A stretch of DNA of 58,098 nt. Origin: Bdellovibrionales bacterium (GTDB lineage Bacteria > Bdellovibrionota > Bdellovibrionia > Bdellovibrionales > UBA1609). Made by a program: the position numbers and the translations under genes. Of this stretch, positions 36,372 to 46,629 are shown in pieces. A model generated the notes under the pieces. The model was given only the letters and a program-made list of their open reading frames with translations, was not told the origin of the DNA and made no database searches. The DNA lies in the NCBI GenBank assembly GCA_050633065.1, contig JBOEFV010000036.1, positions 1 to 58,098 on the forward strand, in the 5' to 3' direction. Numbering within the stretch: position 1 is the first letter of the stretch; the number at the start of each line of letters is the position of its first letter.

Positions 36372-37369
36372 AGCAAGATCGTTTGTGGCTTATTGATATT
36401 TATAGACTTCTTGCTTTAGTTCCAATCATAACCCTTCATATGTATGAAGTCCTCTTCTCCTCTAATCAAACATTAGCTAGCCACACAGGGCTTTTAAATT
36501 CTCTTTTTGAAGTTTTCGTTCGTTCTCTAGCTTTCTCTGGCTACATCATCGTCTTCATATTCTTTTTTTTACAAGGCTTTCAATCACGCCCCTTAAGCCT
36601 TAAAAAGCTACTGACTATTTTAGCAGGTCTTTTTACTCTTTCTTCTCTTATTGGACTAACCTGGTATGATCACTTTTTGATTGAGTGGGACATATATCAT
36701 TTCTTATTTCTCAGTTTTGCTCTACTTTATTTTTTAGGAAAACACTTAAAAGGCTCACTACTTGAACTCGCCGGGCTCTTCATTCTCTCCATTACTCCTT
36801 ATGAGTACATCTTCCCAATCTCCTCTGAGTCCTTACAAGTTATTTTTTATGGAAGCTGCTCTTTAAACGAAAGTATGTGGCCTATCTTCCCGTATATTTT
36901 CTTTGCTCTATTCGCTTTTAGCTTGGGCAAGTTTAGCAAAAGAGCTCCTACTCTATCTCTTTACAACACATACTTTTTACTGCTTTCAGGGCTACTCGCA
37001 ATCGCTTACACTTCCTTTGCCTATTTCTTTCATATAGCTCCCGGGCCTCAGTTTGGATGCTACACTCACAAGCTCCCCTCCTTCTACTGGATTATCTTTC
37101 TAACTGGACTCTCCTTAACTTTTTTGGCTTCTAGCTCATCCTCTCTAAGAGCATCTCCAAAGTGCCGCCTTATTAGTATTATTTCTTCTTTAAAATGGAA
37201 TACCCACTTTGGCCTATGCTATATTCTGCAGTGGTTTGTTCTCGCAACTATTTCTCTAAGCGAATCTCTCATTTTAGATGCTCCAACTTATTTTTATGTT
37301 TTCCCTATTATTGTTTTTCTCTGTGTTGAGTTTATAATGCAAGGAGTGAGTAAACTATGGCCTTCATAA
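36368..37369 (+). CDS. Polytopic membrane protein, possibly acyltransferase-3/DUF1624-like
   Basis: 333 aa with about 9-10 helices. The N-terminus DRLWLIDIYRLLALVPIITLHM resembles the R..D..R......H start of that superfamily. ATGA overlap with the upstream gene. Weak family call. Confidence 0.4.
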   Translation: MKQDRLWLIDIYRLLALVPIITLHMYEVLFSSNQTLASHTGLLNSLFEVFVRSLAFSGYIIVFIFFFLQGFQSRPLSLKKLLTILAGLFTLSSLIGLTWYDHFLIEWDIYHFLFLSFALLYFLGKHLKGSLLELAGLFILSITPYEYIFPISSESLQVIFYGSCSLNESMWPIFPYIFFALFAFSLGKFSKRAPTLSLYNTYFLLLSGLLAIAYTSFAYFFHIAPGPQFGCYTHKLPSFYWIIFLTGLSLTFLASSSSSLRASPKCRLISIISSLKWNTHFGLCYILQWFVLATISLSESLILDAPTYFYVFPIIVFLCVEFIMQGVSKLWPS

Positions 37370-38046
37370 AATTTATCTTTTTAACTGCATTTTCATGGGG
37401 CTTATCAGCTTTTAATTTCATCCCCCCAAATGATGCCTCTTTCAATACTGTTCTTTATCAAAAACAAATCGAGTGGGGTGTAAAAAAATATCTCCCCACC
37501 TTATCTAATAATTTGTCTTTTCAAGAGCACTTTAAAAAATTTATTACTGAAGAGAAAAACAACCTTTTCCTAACTTCTTCTAATCCAAGCGTTGTTATTC
37601 CAAAGTATTTTTTTAGATTCAAAGCCAAAGATAATTTACAGAGTAACTTTGAACTCGGCCTAATTACGTCGAGTGGAACTGGCAGTCTATGGAATGAGAA
37701 AGGGAGAGTAACTGAAATTTCTTTTTATACAAATCCAGTTCAGGCGCCAGAAACTTGCCCTTCTCATGCCTCAAAGAAATTTTTATATGCTGAATACAAT
37801 TCAAAAACATCTGTCTGCTCAAGTTTTTTTGTTGAAGATGTTGTTGGTCACCCTCTTTATTTATATAGCATCAAGGCAATACTTTCTGATGAAACAACTT
37901 ACTCTCTTCACTCCCCAAAAGTTTTCTACCCTGGAGTCATAACCGGCGGGAACACGTCAGTGTATACATCTTTAAGAAAGGCTTGGCGCCTGGTTTTTTC
38001 TAGAGTCCAAAATTTAGAGGATCATTCAATTGTCTATTTTCCATAA
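37357..38046 (+). CDS. Secreted hypothetical protein
   Basis: 229 aa. Signal-like FIFLTAFSWGLSAF. AAGGAG RBS. 13-nt overlap with the upstream gene. Confidence 0.45.
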   Translation: MAFIKFIFLTAFSWGLSAFNFIPPNDASFNTVLYQKQIEWGVKKYLPTLSNNLSFQEHFKKFITEEKNNLFLTSSNPSVVIPKYFFRFKAKDNLQSNFELGLITSSGTGSLWNEKGRVTEISFYTNPVQAPETCPSHASKKFLYAEYNSKTSVCSSFFVEDVVGHPLYLYSIKAILSDETTYSLHSPKVFYPGVITGGNTSVYTSLRKAWRLVFSRVQNLEDHSIVYFP

Positions 38047-38057
38047 GGAGCTTTACC

Positions 38058-38753
38058 ATGCTACAACTTATTGTTTTAAATGAGTCATTACAGGGGACAA
38101 CCAAAGGTCTTTTTGAAGGTTTTAAAATTGGCTCAACTGAAGACTCTGACTTGCAAATTGAGCAAAACTCTTTTGTGAATAATGATTTCATTGTTGAGTG
38201 TAATAGTTCTGGCGTATTCTCTTTATATTCTCTGAACAAAAAACCCCTTATTCTTTCCGGAGATCAAAATTTAGCCCGAATTGACCTTATACCAGGCCTT
38301 ATATTTTCAATTAATGAGGTCGGCTTTTCTATTCAAGAAGGAGAGGCACTTGCCTCTAGTGAAGAAGAGGCTACAAAGAAGGATTCCTTTCTTAGCCTTC
38401 TCAGCGAAGCTACTCAGCCCCCTAAGAGCTCAAGCTCTGCAGTTAGCCCACTAAAACAAAAGCTCTCTTTTAAGTTTGCAAGAGGCCTTTTGCTTAATAA
38501 AACGTGGGACATCCCATGGCACCCTATATCCTTTGGCTCAGAATCCAATTTTCTTTTTTTTGCTGATGACTCAATCCCCTCAAAACTTGATTTTTTAAAT
38601 ATTTCTGAAAAAGAGGGTGAAGTTTTTATCTCCTCAGAGATTCCTAATTTCGCCTCTCTTAACAGCTCAGTTTTAACCAGTGAGCCAAAATCTATCTCAG
38701 ATGGAGACTTGATTGAATTTGGACAAACAGCATTCTATATTGGGCTTAAATGA
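38058..38753 (+). CDS. Soluble hypothetical protein with degenerate FHA-like segments
   Basis: 231 aa. FKIGSTEDSDLQIEQNSFVNNDFIVE...LILSG and the C-terminal ISDGDLIEFGQTAFYI follow the FHA strand pattern but lack clear conserved Arg/Ser/His. AAGGAG RBS 8 nt upstream. Confidence 0.35.
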   Translation: MLQLIVLNESLQGTTKGLFEGFKIGSTEDSDLQIEQNSFVNNDFIVECNSSGVFSLYSLNKKPLILSGDQNLARIDLIPGLIFSINEVGFSIQEGEALASSEEEATKKDSFLSLLSEATQPPKSSSSAVSPLKQKLSFKFARGLLLNKTWDIPWHPISFGSESNFLFFADDSIPSKLDFLNISEKEGEVFISSEIPNFASLNSSVLTSEPKSISDGDLIEFGQTAFYIGLK

Positions 38754-39622
38754 CTATTCCTAAGCAAACTGGCCTTTTTAAAGCTTCTGATGAAACCAAG
38801 ATCTATTATGAGCTCTATGGTGAATCAGGGCCTGTAATCATTCTCTCTTACGGGATTGCTTGCCTTATGAATCACTGGCATCTCCAAGTTGAGGAGTTTG
38901 CAAAAGATCACCAGGTTCTAATGTATGACCTTAGAGGACACCACAAAAGTGAAATGGGTCCTGCTGACATTACTATTGAGCTTTTAGCAAAAGATACCGT
39001 TGAGCTACTAAGGTTTCTTTTTCCCAAAGACCCTAAAGCTCATTTTTGGGGACACAGCTTTGGAGCCCCCATTGCTTTTAGGTGCGCTTCTCTTTTTCCT
39101 GAAAATGTTGAATCTATTGTTCTTATTAATGGTTTTTATAAAAACCCATTCTCTCACATTCTCTCTGTAGAAGCCGGCTTAAAAATCATCGACAATCTAA
39201 CTGTTTTTGCTGAAAATGCCCCAGATCTGTCTAAATGGCTCTGGGCAAATTCCACAGATAATTTAATCTTTCATTATTTGGCTGGTGTTACAGGCGGCTT
39301 TAATCTAGAGCGCACAGCCTATAAAGATATTGAAATATACTCTAAAGGGCTTGCCGCCCTCTCTTTGCCAAACTTCTTTAATAACTTTAAGGCTCTTCTC
39401 CAATTTGATGGCTCTGGTTTTTTTGAGGACACTCTTTGCCCAGCACTAATTGTTCATGGTGAAAGAGATGGAATCGTCCCACTTGATCAAAATAAAATTC
39501 TTGCTGAGTGTCTTCCAAACGCAACTTTCCTTGAATTTGCTGAAGGAAGTCACTGCACGCAGTTAGATCTACCCATTGAACTCAACCAGGCGATCCGGAC
39601 TTTCTTAAAAAATAGGCTCTAA
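38750..39622 (+). CDS. Alpha/beta-fold hydrolase
   Basis: 290 aa. Nucleophile elbow WGHSFGAP. HGERDGIVP (acid) and EGSHCTQLD (His) blocks. ATGA overlap with the upstream gene. Confidence 0.75.
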   Translation: MTIPKQTGLFKASDETKIYYELYGESGPVIILSYGIACLMNHWHLQVEEFAKDHQVLMYDLRGHHKSEMGPADITIELLAKDTVELLRFLFPKDPKAHFWGHSFGAPIAFRCASLFPENVESIVLINGFYKNPFSHILSVEAGLKIIDNLTVFAENAPDLSKWLWANSTDNLIFHYLAGVTGGFNLERTAYKDIEIYSKGLAALSLPNFFNNFKALLQFDGSGFFEDTLCPALIVHGERDGIVPLDQNKILAECLPNATFLEFAEGSHCTQLDLPIELNQAIRTFLKNRL

Positions 39623-39647
39623 AAAGCCTAATTACTATTCTTTTTTA
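39613..39647 (+). terminator. Possible terminator of the seven-gene operon
   Basis: TAGGCT (39613-39618) pairs with AGCCTA (39625-39630) and encloses the stop codon. A T-run lies at 39641-39646, rather distant from the stem. Confidence 0.35.
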
Positions 39648-39737
39648 AGGTAATTTTATCTATATGTGGAAAACTTTGTGGATTTTAGGGAGTAATCCAC
39701 CATATATTGTTTAAGTGCTGCTAAAACTTCTAAATCT

Positions 39738-39776
39738 AGACCTATGGCTTAAAAGCCACAAGTCTAATCTTTTTTA
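39738..39776. terminator. Bidirectional hairpin terminator (sdhB on the minus strand, backup for the plus-strand operon)
   Basis: AGACCTATGGCTT (39738-39750) pairs with AAGCCACAAGTCT (39753-39765) with two wobble or mismatch positions. It is followed by TCTTTTTT on the plus strand and by a U-rich stretch on the minus strand. Confidence 0.45.
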
Positions 39777-40517
39777 AAGACTGGATTTTAATAAATCTTT
39801 ATTTAGTGTCGCAATATTATCTAATGGTATTTCTTTTGGACAAGCCGCTGAACATGACCCTGTGTTTGTACAAGCTCCAAAACCCTCTTCATCCATTTGA
39901 GCAACCATATTAGAAACTCTCGCTTTTTGCTCCACTTTACCTTGTGGTGTTTTTCCAAGGTGATTGGTTTTTGCTGCCACAAAAAGCATTGCTGAAGCAT
40001 TCTTACATGCTGCCACACAAGCTCCACAACCAATACAAGCCGCTGATGTAAATGCATCATCAGCATCTACTTTAGGTATAGGAAGAGCGTTTGCATCTTG
40101 AGCGTTTCCAGTGGCAACTGAAACATATCCGCCTGACGAAATAATTCTATCAAAAGCAGAACGATCAACCACTAAGTCTCTAACCACAGGAAAAGCTTTT
40201 GCTCTCCACGGCTCGATAAAGATTGTCTCGCCATCTTTAAAAGATCTCATATGAAGCTGACATGTCGTCGTTCCTCTTTGAGGACCGTGAGCATCACCAT
40301 TAATAACCATCGAACAAGCACCGCAAATTCCCTCACGGCAATCATGATCAAAAGCTACAGGCTCTTTACCTTGATGAATTAAGTCTTGGTTTACAACGTC
40401 TAGCATTTCTAGAAAAGACATCTCCGTAGAAATATCCTTAGCGTTATACTCTTCGAAGTGACCTTTGTCGTTTTTGTCTTTCTGTCTCCAGATTTTTAAC
40501 TTTAACTGTAAATTCAT
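39774..40517 (-). CDS. sdhB: Succinate dehydrogenase/fumarate reductase iron-sulfur subunit
   Basis: 247 aa. Three Cys clusters: [22 protein letters not shown] and [12 protein letters not shown]. Confidence 0.9.
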   Translation of the reverse strand: MNLQLKLKIWRQKDKNDKGHFEEYNAKDISTEMSFLEMLDVVNQDLIHQGKEPVAFDHDCREGICGACSMVINGDAHGPQRGTTTCQLHMRSFKDGETIFIEPWRAKAFPVVRDLVVDRSAFDRIISSGGYVSVATGNAQDANALPIPKVDADDAFTSAACIGCGACVAACKNASAMLFVAAKTNHLGKTPQGKVEQKARVSNMVAQMDEEGFGACTNTGSCSAACPKEIPLDNIATLNKDLLKSSL

Positions 40518-40529
40518 TTCATCATCCTT

Positions 40530-42455
40530 CTATTTATAACTTCTAGTTGCTAGTTTAACATTTTCAAACTCTAGGTGCTCTTTATGAAGGTCCCACTTCA
40601 TATCGATTCCTTCACCCGTAAACTCATAAGCTGAAGCGTGAGAAAATTCTTCATCATTTCTCTTCGCCTCGCCCTCTTCAGTTTGATACTCATCTCTAAA
40701 GTGACCACCACAGCTTTCTGCTCTGTCTAAAGCGTCTTGCGCCATCAACTGCCCAAGCTCTAAAAAGTCTGAAAGCCTTGTCGCTTTTTCAATCTCTTCA
40801 TTCTTATAGTTTGCTGCGCCTGGAATTTTCACATTGTTGTGGAACTCTTCTCTAAGCTTTGCAATTTCAGCAATCGCTTTTGTTAGACCCTCTTTTGTAC
40901 GAGACATCCCAACGTTCTCCCACATAATCATTCCAAGTTCTCTATGAATTTCATCCACAGTTTTTTCACCCTTAACGTTAAGAAGTCTATCCAACTCTTT
41001 CGTTACTTTTTCTTTAGACTCTTTAAAGGCCGCATGATTCTCATCAATGCCATCAGGGGAATGATTAGCTAAATAATTTCCTATTGTTGCGGGAATAACA
41101 AAGTATCCATCAGCAAGCCCTTGCATTAGTGCAGAAGCTCCAAGTCTATTTGCTCCGTGATCAGAAAAGTTTGCTTCTCCTAAAACATGTAAACCAGGAA
41201 TTGTACTTTGAAGATTATAATCAACCCAAAGACCACCCATAGTGTAGTGAACTGCTGGATAAATTCTCATTGGTGTTTCATATGGGTTTTCTCCTGTAAT
41301 TTTCTCATACATTTGAAAAAGGTTTCCATATTTTTCACTAATTGCATCTTTACCTAAACGGTTAATCGCATCTTTGAAATCAAGGTAAACAGCCATACCT
41401 GTTGCACCCACACCTTTACCTTCATCCACTCTATACTTTGCTTGTCTAGAAGAAACATCTCTTGGGGCAAGGTTACCAAAACTTGGGTAAACTCTCTCTA
41501 AGTAGTAATCTCTTTCATTCTCAGGGATTTCTGAAGGCTTTCTTTTATCTCCTAACTCCTTAGGAACCCAAACCCTTCCATCGTTTCTTAATGATTCTGA
41601 CATCAATGTAAGTTTTGACTGGTAGTCTCCTGAAACTGGAATACATGTCGGGTGAATCTGTGTGTAACAAGGGTTTGCAAAAGCGGCACCTTTTTTATGT
41701 GCTCTCCACGCTGCTGTACAGTTAGATTGCTTTGCGTTTGTTGAAAGGTAGAAAACATTTCCATATCCACCTGTGCAAAGTAAAACTGCATCAGCTGTGT
41801 GGCTCTCAATTTCTCCAGTAACAACGTTTCTTACTGTAATCCCACGTGCTTTTCCATCAACAGTTACAAGATCTAACATCTCTCTTCTTGTATAAAGTTT
41901 CACAGCGCCTTTATCCACTTGCTTCATCATTGATGAGTAAGCTCCAATTAATAACTGCTGTCCTGTTTGTCCTCTAGCATAAAAAGTTCTAGAAACCTGT
42001 GCTCCACCAAAAGATCTATTGATTAAAAGTCCACCGTAATCTCTTGCAAAAGGAACCCCTTGAGCAACAGCCTGATCAATAATATTTGCTGATACTTGTG
42101 AAAGCCTATAAACGTTTGCTTCTCTTGACCTAAAATCCCCACCTTTTACAGTGTCGTAAAAAAGCCTTTGAACAGAGTCACCATCATTTTGATAGTTCTT
42201 AGCAGCGTTAATTCCACCTTGAGCTGCAATAGAGTGTGCTCTTCTTGGAGAATCGTGCATGCAAAAACTATGAACGTCATAGCCAAGCTCTGATAGAGTT
42301 GACGCGGCAGAAGCTCCCGCTAAACCTGTTCCAACAATAATAACTTTAAACTTTCTTTTGTTTGCAGGGTTAACAAGTTTACTTGAAAACTTATGGTTGT
42401 CCCACTTGTCCTCGATCGGTCCCTCAGGAATTTTTGAATCTAATTTGATAGCCAA
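40530..42455 (-). CDS. sdhA: Succinate dehydrogenase/fumarate reductase flavoprotein subunit
   Basis: 641 aa. FAD fold [14 protein letters not shown]. Covalent-FAD His block [21 protein letters not shown] block. Confidence 0.95.
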   Translation of the reverse strand: MAIKLDSKIPEGPIEDKWDNHKFSSKLVNPANKRKFKVIIVGTGLAGASAASTLSELGYDVHSFCMHDSPRRAHSIAAQGGINAAKNYQNDGDSVQRLFYDTVKGGDFRSREANVYRLSQVSANIIDQAVAQGVPFARDYGGLLINRSFGGAQVSRTFYARGQTGQQLLIGAYSSMMKQVDKGAVKLYTRREMLDLVTVDGKARGITVRNVVTGEIESHTADAVLLCTGGYGNVFYLSTNAKQSNCTAAWRAHKKGAAFANPCYTQIHPTCIPVSGDYQSKLTLMSESLRNDGRVWVPKELGDKRKPSEIPENERDYYLERVYPSFGNLAPRDVSSRQAKYRVDEGKGVGATGMAVYLDFKDAINRLGKDAISEKYGNLFQMYEKITGENPYETPMRIYPAVHYTMGGLWVDYNLQSTIPGLHVLGEANFSDHGANRLGASALMQGLADGYFVIPATIGNYLANHSPDGIDENHAAFKESKEKVTKELDRLLNVKGEKTVDEIHRELGMIMWENVGMSRTKEGLTKAIAEIAKLREEFHNNVKIPGAANYKNEEIEKATRLSDFLELGQLMAQDALDRAESCGGHFRDEYQTEEGEAKRNDEEFSHASAYEFTGEGIDMKWDLHKEHLEFENVKLATRSYK

Positions 42456-42498
42456 TGTAATCTCCTCTTAAAAAGATTTTTAGTCGATGTTTTAAAAA

Positions 42499-43149
42499 TT
42501 AATGAATTAAGTAAATATAAAAAGGTGGAAGTAAGAACCCTACTGTCACTAAAGCTGCATAGGCCTTTCCTATACATTTAATCTTTGAATCATACTTTTC
42601 ACCGTTTAACCCTAAAGACTGAAAGCTTGAAGCAAGGCCATGACCTAAATGTGTCCCTAAAATCAAAAGAACTATTAAGTAAGCGCCTACATATAAAGGT
42701 TGAGCAAAAGACTCTTCCATTAATCTGAAAAGATCCCTCATTTCAACACCGTCATAGTTAGCTGGGTAATACGTTCCATACTTAAACGTAATCAAATGCC
42801 AAACTAAAAACGCTAAAATCACAATCCCTTGGAACTGCATAGTTCTAGAAGCAAAGCTTGCTTTATTCTTTGTTCCAGAAACTGCGTAAGTAGAACCCTT
42901 CGCTTTCTTGTTTTTAACTACTAAAATAAGCGCTATAACCAAGTGAGCCACGAACATGCCCATTAATACAGCTTCTGCAACGTATATTAGGGGGTTGCTG
43001 ATCAATGCATGAGCATATTTGTTGTAAGCCTCCGGGCCTACAAACATAAGCAGGTTTCCTGCCATATGTGTAAGCACAAATCCCGAAAGGCCTATACCTG
43101 CAAGACCGACCATCTGTTTTCTGCCAATAGTTGAACTAAAATAACTCAT
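42499..43149 (-). CDS. sdhC: Succinate dehydrogenase cytochrome b558-type membrane subunit
   Basis: 216 aa with five helices. His residues sit in helices (THMAGNL, FVAHLVI, LVWHLITF, GTHLGHGL), as expected for a dihaem single-subunit anchor. Position is upstream of sdhA. Confidence 0.75.
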   Translation of the reverse strand: MSYFSSTIGRKQMVGLAGIGLSGFVLTHMAGNLLMFVGPEAYNKYAHALISNPLIYVAEAVLMGMFVAHLVIALILVVKNKKAKGSTYAVSGTKNKASFASRTMQFQGIVILAFLVWHLITFKYGTYYPANYDGVEMRDLFRLMEESFAQPLYVGAYLIVLLILGTHLGHGLASSFQSLGLNGEKYDSKIKCIGKAYAALVTVGFLLPPFYIYLIH

Positions 43150-43336
43150 ACTGATTCCTCTAAAATATTAAGTTTTCTTTTAAGTCTTATATACCTTAAT
43201 GCGTTCGAATTGGCACCATACTAAGTGATTTGAAAACCATCATCATTATTAAACTCCAAGAACCAACCAAATGTCCTAACTTCTTGATATTTCCCGATTT
43301 AATGACTACAAAACAGAATTATAAAGGGGATAATTT

Positions 43337-44110
43337 ATGGCTATTTTTGTATGCATAAAGCAGGTTCCAGACACTGAAACCAAAATTCAAATCAAAGATG
43401 ACAATTCGGGCATCAAAACAGACTCTGTAAAGTGGGTAGTGAATCCATATGATGAGTTTGCTGTTGAAGAGGCTCTAAAACTCAAAACCTCAACAGGAGC
43501 AGATAAAATATACGCTATTACACTTGGCCCTCAAAAAAGAGCTCAAGATTCACTAAGAATTGCTTTGGCAATGGGTTGTGATGAAGGTGTTATTGTAGAT
43601 TATGAAGGTCCTTTGGACTCTTTAGCTTCTGCTAAAGCAATTAAAGCAGCGATTTTAAAAACTGCTGAACCAAGCTTAATCCTTACTGGTAAATCTTCAA
43701 TTGATGACAACTCACAAGCTTTCACTCAACAACTTGCTGCACTTTTTGAAGCTCCTCATGCAACAGCCGTTACAAAGATTACAGCTGATGCTTCAACTAT
43801 TGAAATTGAGCGTGAGATCGAAGGCGGCGCTAAAGAAGTTTACTCAATGACAGGACTTTCTGTTATTGGAGCAAACAAAGGCTTAAACACTCCAAGGTAT
43901 CCAAGTCTTCCCGGAATTATGAAAGCAAAGAAAAAGCCTGTTCATGTTTATTCAACTGAAGACCTCTCTGTTGATACAAACTCAACTGTCGTATTTACAG
44001 ACTATCAAATGCCTGCACCTCAACCTCCAACAAAAATCTTGTCTGGAGAAATTAGTGCTCAGGTAGACGAACTTGTAAACTTACTTAAAAACGAATCTAA
44101 GGTTCTATAA
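43337..44110 (+). CDS. etfB: Electron transfer flavoprotein beta subunit
   Basis: 257 aa. [12 protein letters not shown] start, [15 protein letters not shown]. Confidence 0.9.
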   Translation: MAIFVCIKQVPDTETKIQIKDDNSGIKTDSVKWVVNPYDEFAVEEALKLKTSTGADKIYAITLGPQKRAQDSLRIALAMGCDEGVIVDYEGPLDSLASAKAIKAAILKTAEPSLILTGKSSIDDNSQAFTQQLAALFEAPHATAVTKITADASTIEIEREIEGGAKEVYSMTGLSVIGANKGLNTPRYPSLPGIMKAKKKPVHVYSTEDLSVDTNSTVVFTDYQMPAPQPPTKILSGEISAQVDELVNLLKNESKVL

Positions 44111-44120
44111 AGGGGATAAT

Positions 44121-45074
44121 ATGGCTAAAGCACTCGTATTTTTAGAAAATTCAAACGGTACAATTAAAAAATCTTCTTTTGAACTAAGTCAGTGGTGTAA
44201 AGCTAACGGCGTAGATTTTGAAGCTCTTGTAGTTGGAAACGTAAGTGATGAAATGAAATCACAATGTGAATCAATGGGAATTTCAAAGGTCGTTTCAATG
44301 GGGACAGATTCAACTTATAACCCGCTTTCTTGGAGCAAAGGTTTATCAAGCCTTATTCAAGCAAACGGCTATTCTTTTGTTCTTGGCTCTTCCACTGTTC
44401 TTGCAACAGATCTTTTTTCAAGAACTTCTGTTTACTCAAACGGTGACTACTCTTCTGATTGCACAGAGCTTTCATTAAATGGAGAAAGTTTATCTCCAAG
44501 AAAGCCTCTTTATGCTGGTAAGTGTTCTTGTGCAATTGAGTTTAAAGGCTCAGGCCCTAAATTTGTTTTAATGCGCGCTAATCAACTTCCTTCAGCTACA
44601 GAAGAAAACACTTCTACAACTGTAACAACAGCCGACCTTCCTGAAAGCTCTGCTAACTTCACTGTTAAACCTGCAATTGCTGGCAGCAGTAATAAAGTTG
44701 ATCTAACAGAAGCAAACATTGTTGTTTCTGGTGGGCGTGGAATGAAAGAAGCTTCAAACTTCAAACTTTTAGATGATCTTGCTGATGTACTAGGTGCGAC
44801 TGTTGGTGCATCTCGTGCAGTGACAGATGATGGATGGGTTCCTCATTCTATGCAGGTTGGTCAGACAGGAAAAACTGTTGCTCCTTCTTTATATATCGCT
44901 TGCGGTATTTCAGGCGCGGTTCAACATTTAGCTGGTATGAGTGGAAGTAAAGTTATTGTTGCAATTAATAACGATGCTGACGCTCCCATTTTTAAGAAGG
45001 CTACTTACGGAATCGTTGGAGATCTTTTTGAAGTGTTACCTCAACTAACTGAGAAGTTTAAAAGCGTTTTATAA
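44121..45074 (+). CDS. etfA: Electron transfer flavoprotein alpha subunit
   Basis: 317 aa. VVSGGRGM, and the FAD block [17 protein letters not shown]. Confidence 0.9.
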   Translation: MAKALVFLENSNGTIKKSSFELSQWCKANGVDFEALVVGNVSDEMKSQCESMGISKVVSMGTDSTYNPLSWSKGLSSLIQANGYSFVLGSSTVLATDLFSRTSVYSNGDYSSDCTELSLNGESLSPRKPLYAGKCSCAIEFKGSGPKFVLMRANQLPSATEENTSTTVTTADLPESSANFTVKPAIAGSSNKVDLTEANIVVSGGRGMKEASNFKLLDDLADVLGATVGASRAVTDDGWVPHSMQVGQTGKTVAPSLYIACGISGAVQHLAGMSGSKVIVAINNDADAPIFKKATYGIVGDLFEVLPQLTEKFKSVL

Positions 45075-45092
45075 AATAAAAAGGTTAAATTT

Positions 45093-45755
45093 ATGGAACT
45101 TAAAAAAGCAGATAAATTTAACCCTATTTTAATTTGGTTTCTCACTTCTATTTATAAAGTTTACCTTCTTACTCTACGAAAGAAGGTCATCTTCACTCCA
45201 GAGTGCGAAGAATACATCAAGACTGGAAAGCCTGTCCTTCTTGCCTTCTGGCATCAAGATGTAAACACTCTTTTATACATCACTTGGAAATACAAAACTC
45301 TTTCTATCATTTCAGACAGTAAAGATGGGCAGCTAGTAGCTCAGGTTATGGAACAACTTGGCTCTGTTGCCGCAAGGGGCTCCTCAAGAACAAACCCAGT
45401 TAAAGCTCTAAAAGGATTTATTCGTTTAATGAAGACTGGAAAATACTGGGCATCAGTTGCCGTTGACGGTCCAAAAGGACCTGCTAAAAAAGCAAAGTCT
45501 GGAGTTATTGAAAGTGCTCGTATTTTTTCTTGTCCAATTTTTAGTGTAAACACGGCTTATAGTTCAAAGTGGATTCTTAAAAAAAGCTGGGATCAAACAA
45601 TTATAGCAAAACCTTTTTCAAAAGTGGTTTTTCACTTTGGTCTAGCTCTCCCTACCGTTGAGAGAGACATGGACCCTAAAAGTCCTGAACTTTTGGCGAG
45701 ATTAGATGAAAACATGTCTAGTAATCAAAAACTAACACTAGGTTACTTAAAATAA
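45093..45755 (+). CDS. DUF374 (lysophospholipid acyltransferase-like) protein
   Basis: 220 aa. LAFWHQDV and AVDGPKGPAKKAKSGVIESARIFSCPIF blocks typical of DUF374. Confidence 0.7.
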   Translation: MELKKADKFNPILIWFLTSIYKVYLLTLRKKVIFTPECEEYIKTGKPVLLAFWHQDVNTLLYITWKYKTLSIISDSKDGQLVAQVMEQLGSVAARGSSRTNPVKALKGFIRLMKTGKYWASVAVDGPKGPAKKAKSGVIESARIFSCPIFSVNTAYSSKWILKKSWDQTIIAKPFSKVVFHFGLALPTVERDMDPKSPELLARLDENMSSNQKLTLGYLK

Positions 45756-45795
45756 TAATTATAAAATAAAGCCTCAATCATCTGGAGGAAACACA

Positions 45796-46605
45796 ATGAT
45801 CAAACTACTTTTAGTATTTATTTGTTCAGTTCTTAGCTTTTCTGCATCAGCACAAACTGTTGCAAAAGTTGGCTCTGCTAACATCTCAAAAGCTGAATTT
45901 GAAAAAAGCTATCAGCAGACTTTAAACAATTCACGCTCTTTAACAAGGCCTCCAACACGTCAAGAACACCTTGAAGATATGGTCCGCTTCAAATTAGGTT
46001 TACAAGAGGCTGCAAAATCAAAAGTAAAATCAAACCCTCTTGTGAAAAAGTCTTTAGAACTTGCTCTTTATAAAGGGCTTCTTGAAGTTAACCTTTCAAA
46101 GCAAGTTGATAAAATTAAAGTTTCTGAGAGTGAAATGAAGTCTTACTACTCTAAAAACCCTCACATGAGGTCTTCACATATTTTTATTCGCCTACCTAAG
46201 AACCCAACAAAAACTCAAATTGCCGAAGCAAGCTCTCGAGCTAATAAAATCTATGCAGATGTTATTAAGGGGCAGAAAAAATGGTCTGTATATGTAAGAA
46301 CATATTCTGATGATGATGCCACTAAAGTTAATTCAGGGGACCTTGGGTATCACAGCTCAAGCTCTTTATACCCTGACTACTATACTGCTTTAAAGCCCTT
46401 AAAAGTTGGCGGCATTGCAAAGCCTTTTAAAGGCCTATTAGGATTTCATATTGTTAAGAAAACAGGCCAACTTTCATATGAAAGAGCTGACAAAAACGCT
46501 ACTAAAATTGCTGTTTTCAATCAAAAAAGATTTAAAATCCTTGATGGCTACTTCAACAGCCTAAAGAAAAAATATAAAGTATCTTATAATAAGGATGCAC
46601 TTTAA
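45796..46605 (+). CDS. Periplasmic parvulin-type peptidyl-prolyl isomerase (PpiC domain)
   Basis: 269 aa with a signal peptide. Parvulin blocks MRSSHIFIRL and SGDLGYHSS...GLLGFHIVKK. Confidence 0.75.
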   Translation: MIKLLLVFICSVLSFSASAQTVAKVGSANISKAEFEKSYQQTLNNSRSLTRPPTRQEHLEDMVRFKLGLQEAAKSKVKSNPLVKKSLELALYKGLLEVNLSKQVDKIKVSESEMKSYYSKNPHMRSSHIFIRLPKNPTKTQIAEASSRANKIYADVIKGQKKWSVYVRTYSDDDATKVNSGDLGYHSSSSLYPDYYTALKPLKVGGIAKPFKGLLGFHIVKKTGQLSYERADKNATKIAVFNQKRFKILDGYFNSLKKKYKVSYNKDAL

Positions 46606-46629
46606 AAGAGTATCTTATAAAGTAAGTGT

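Noticed and set aside
39678-39700. An extra hairpin, GTGGATT-N9-AATCCAC, in the operon/sdhB intergenic region.
   Set aside because: It is only a 7-bp stem with no adjacent U-run, lying between two better terminator candidates. There is no evidence for a function.
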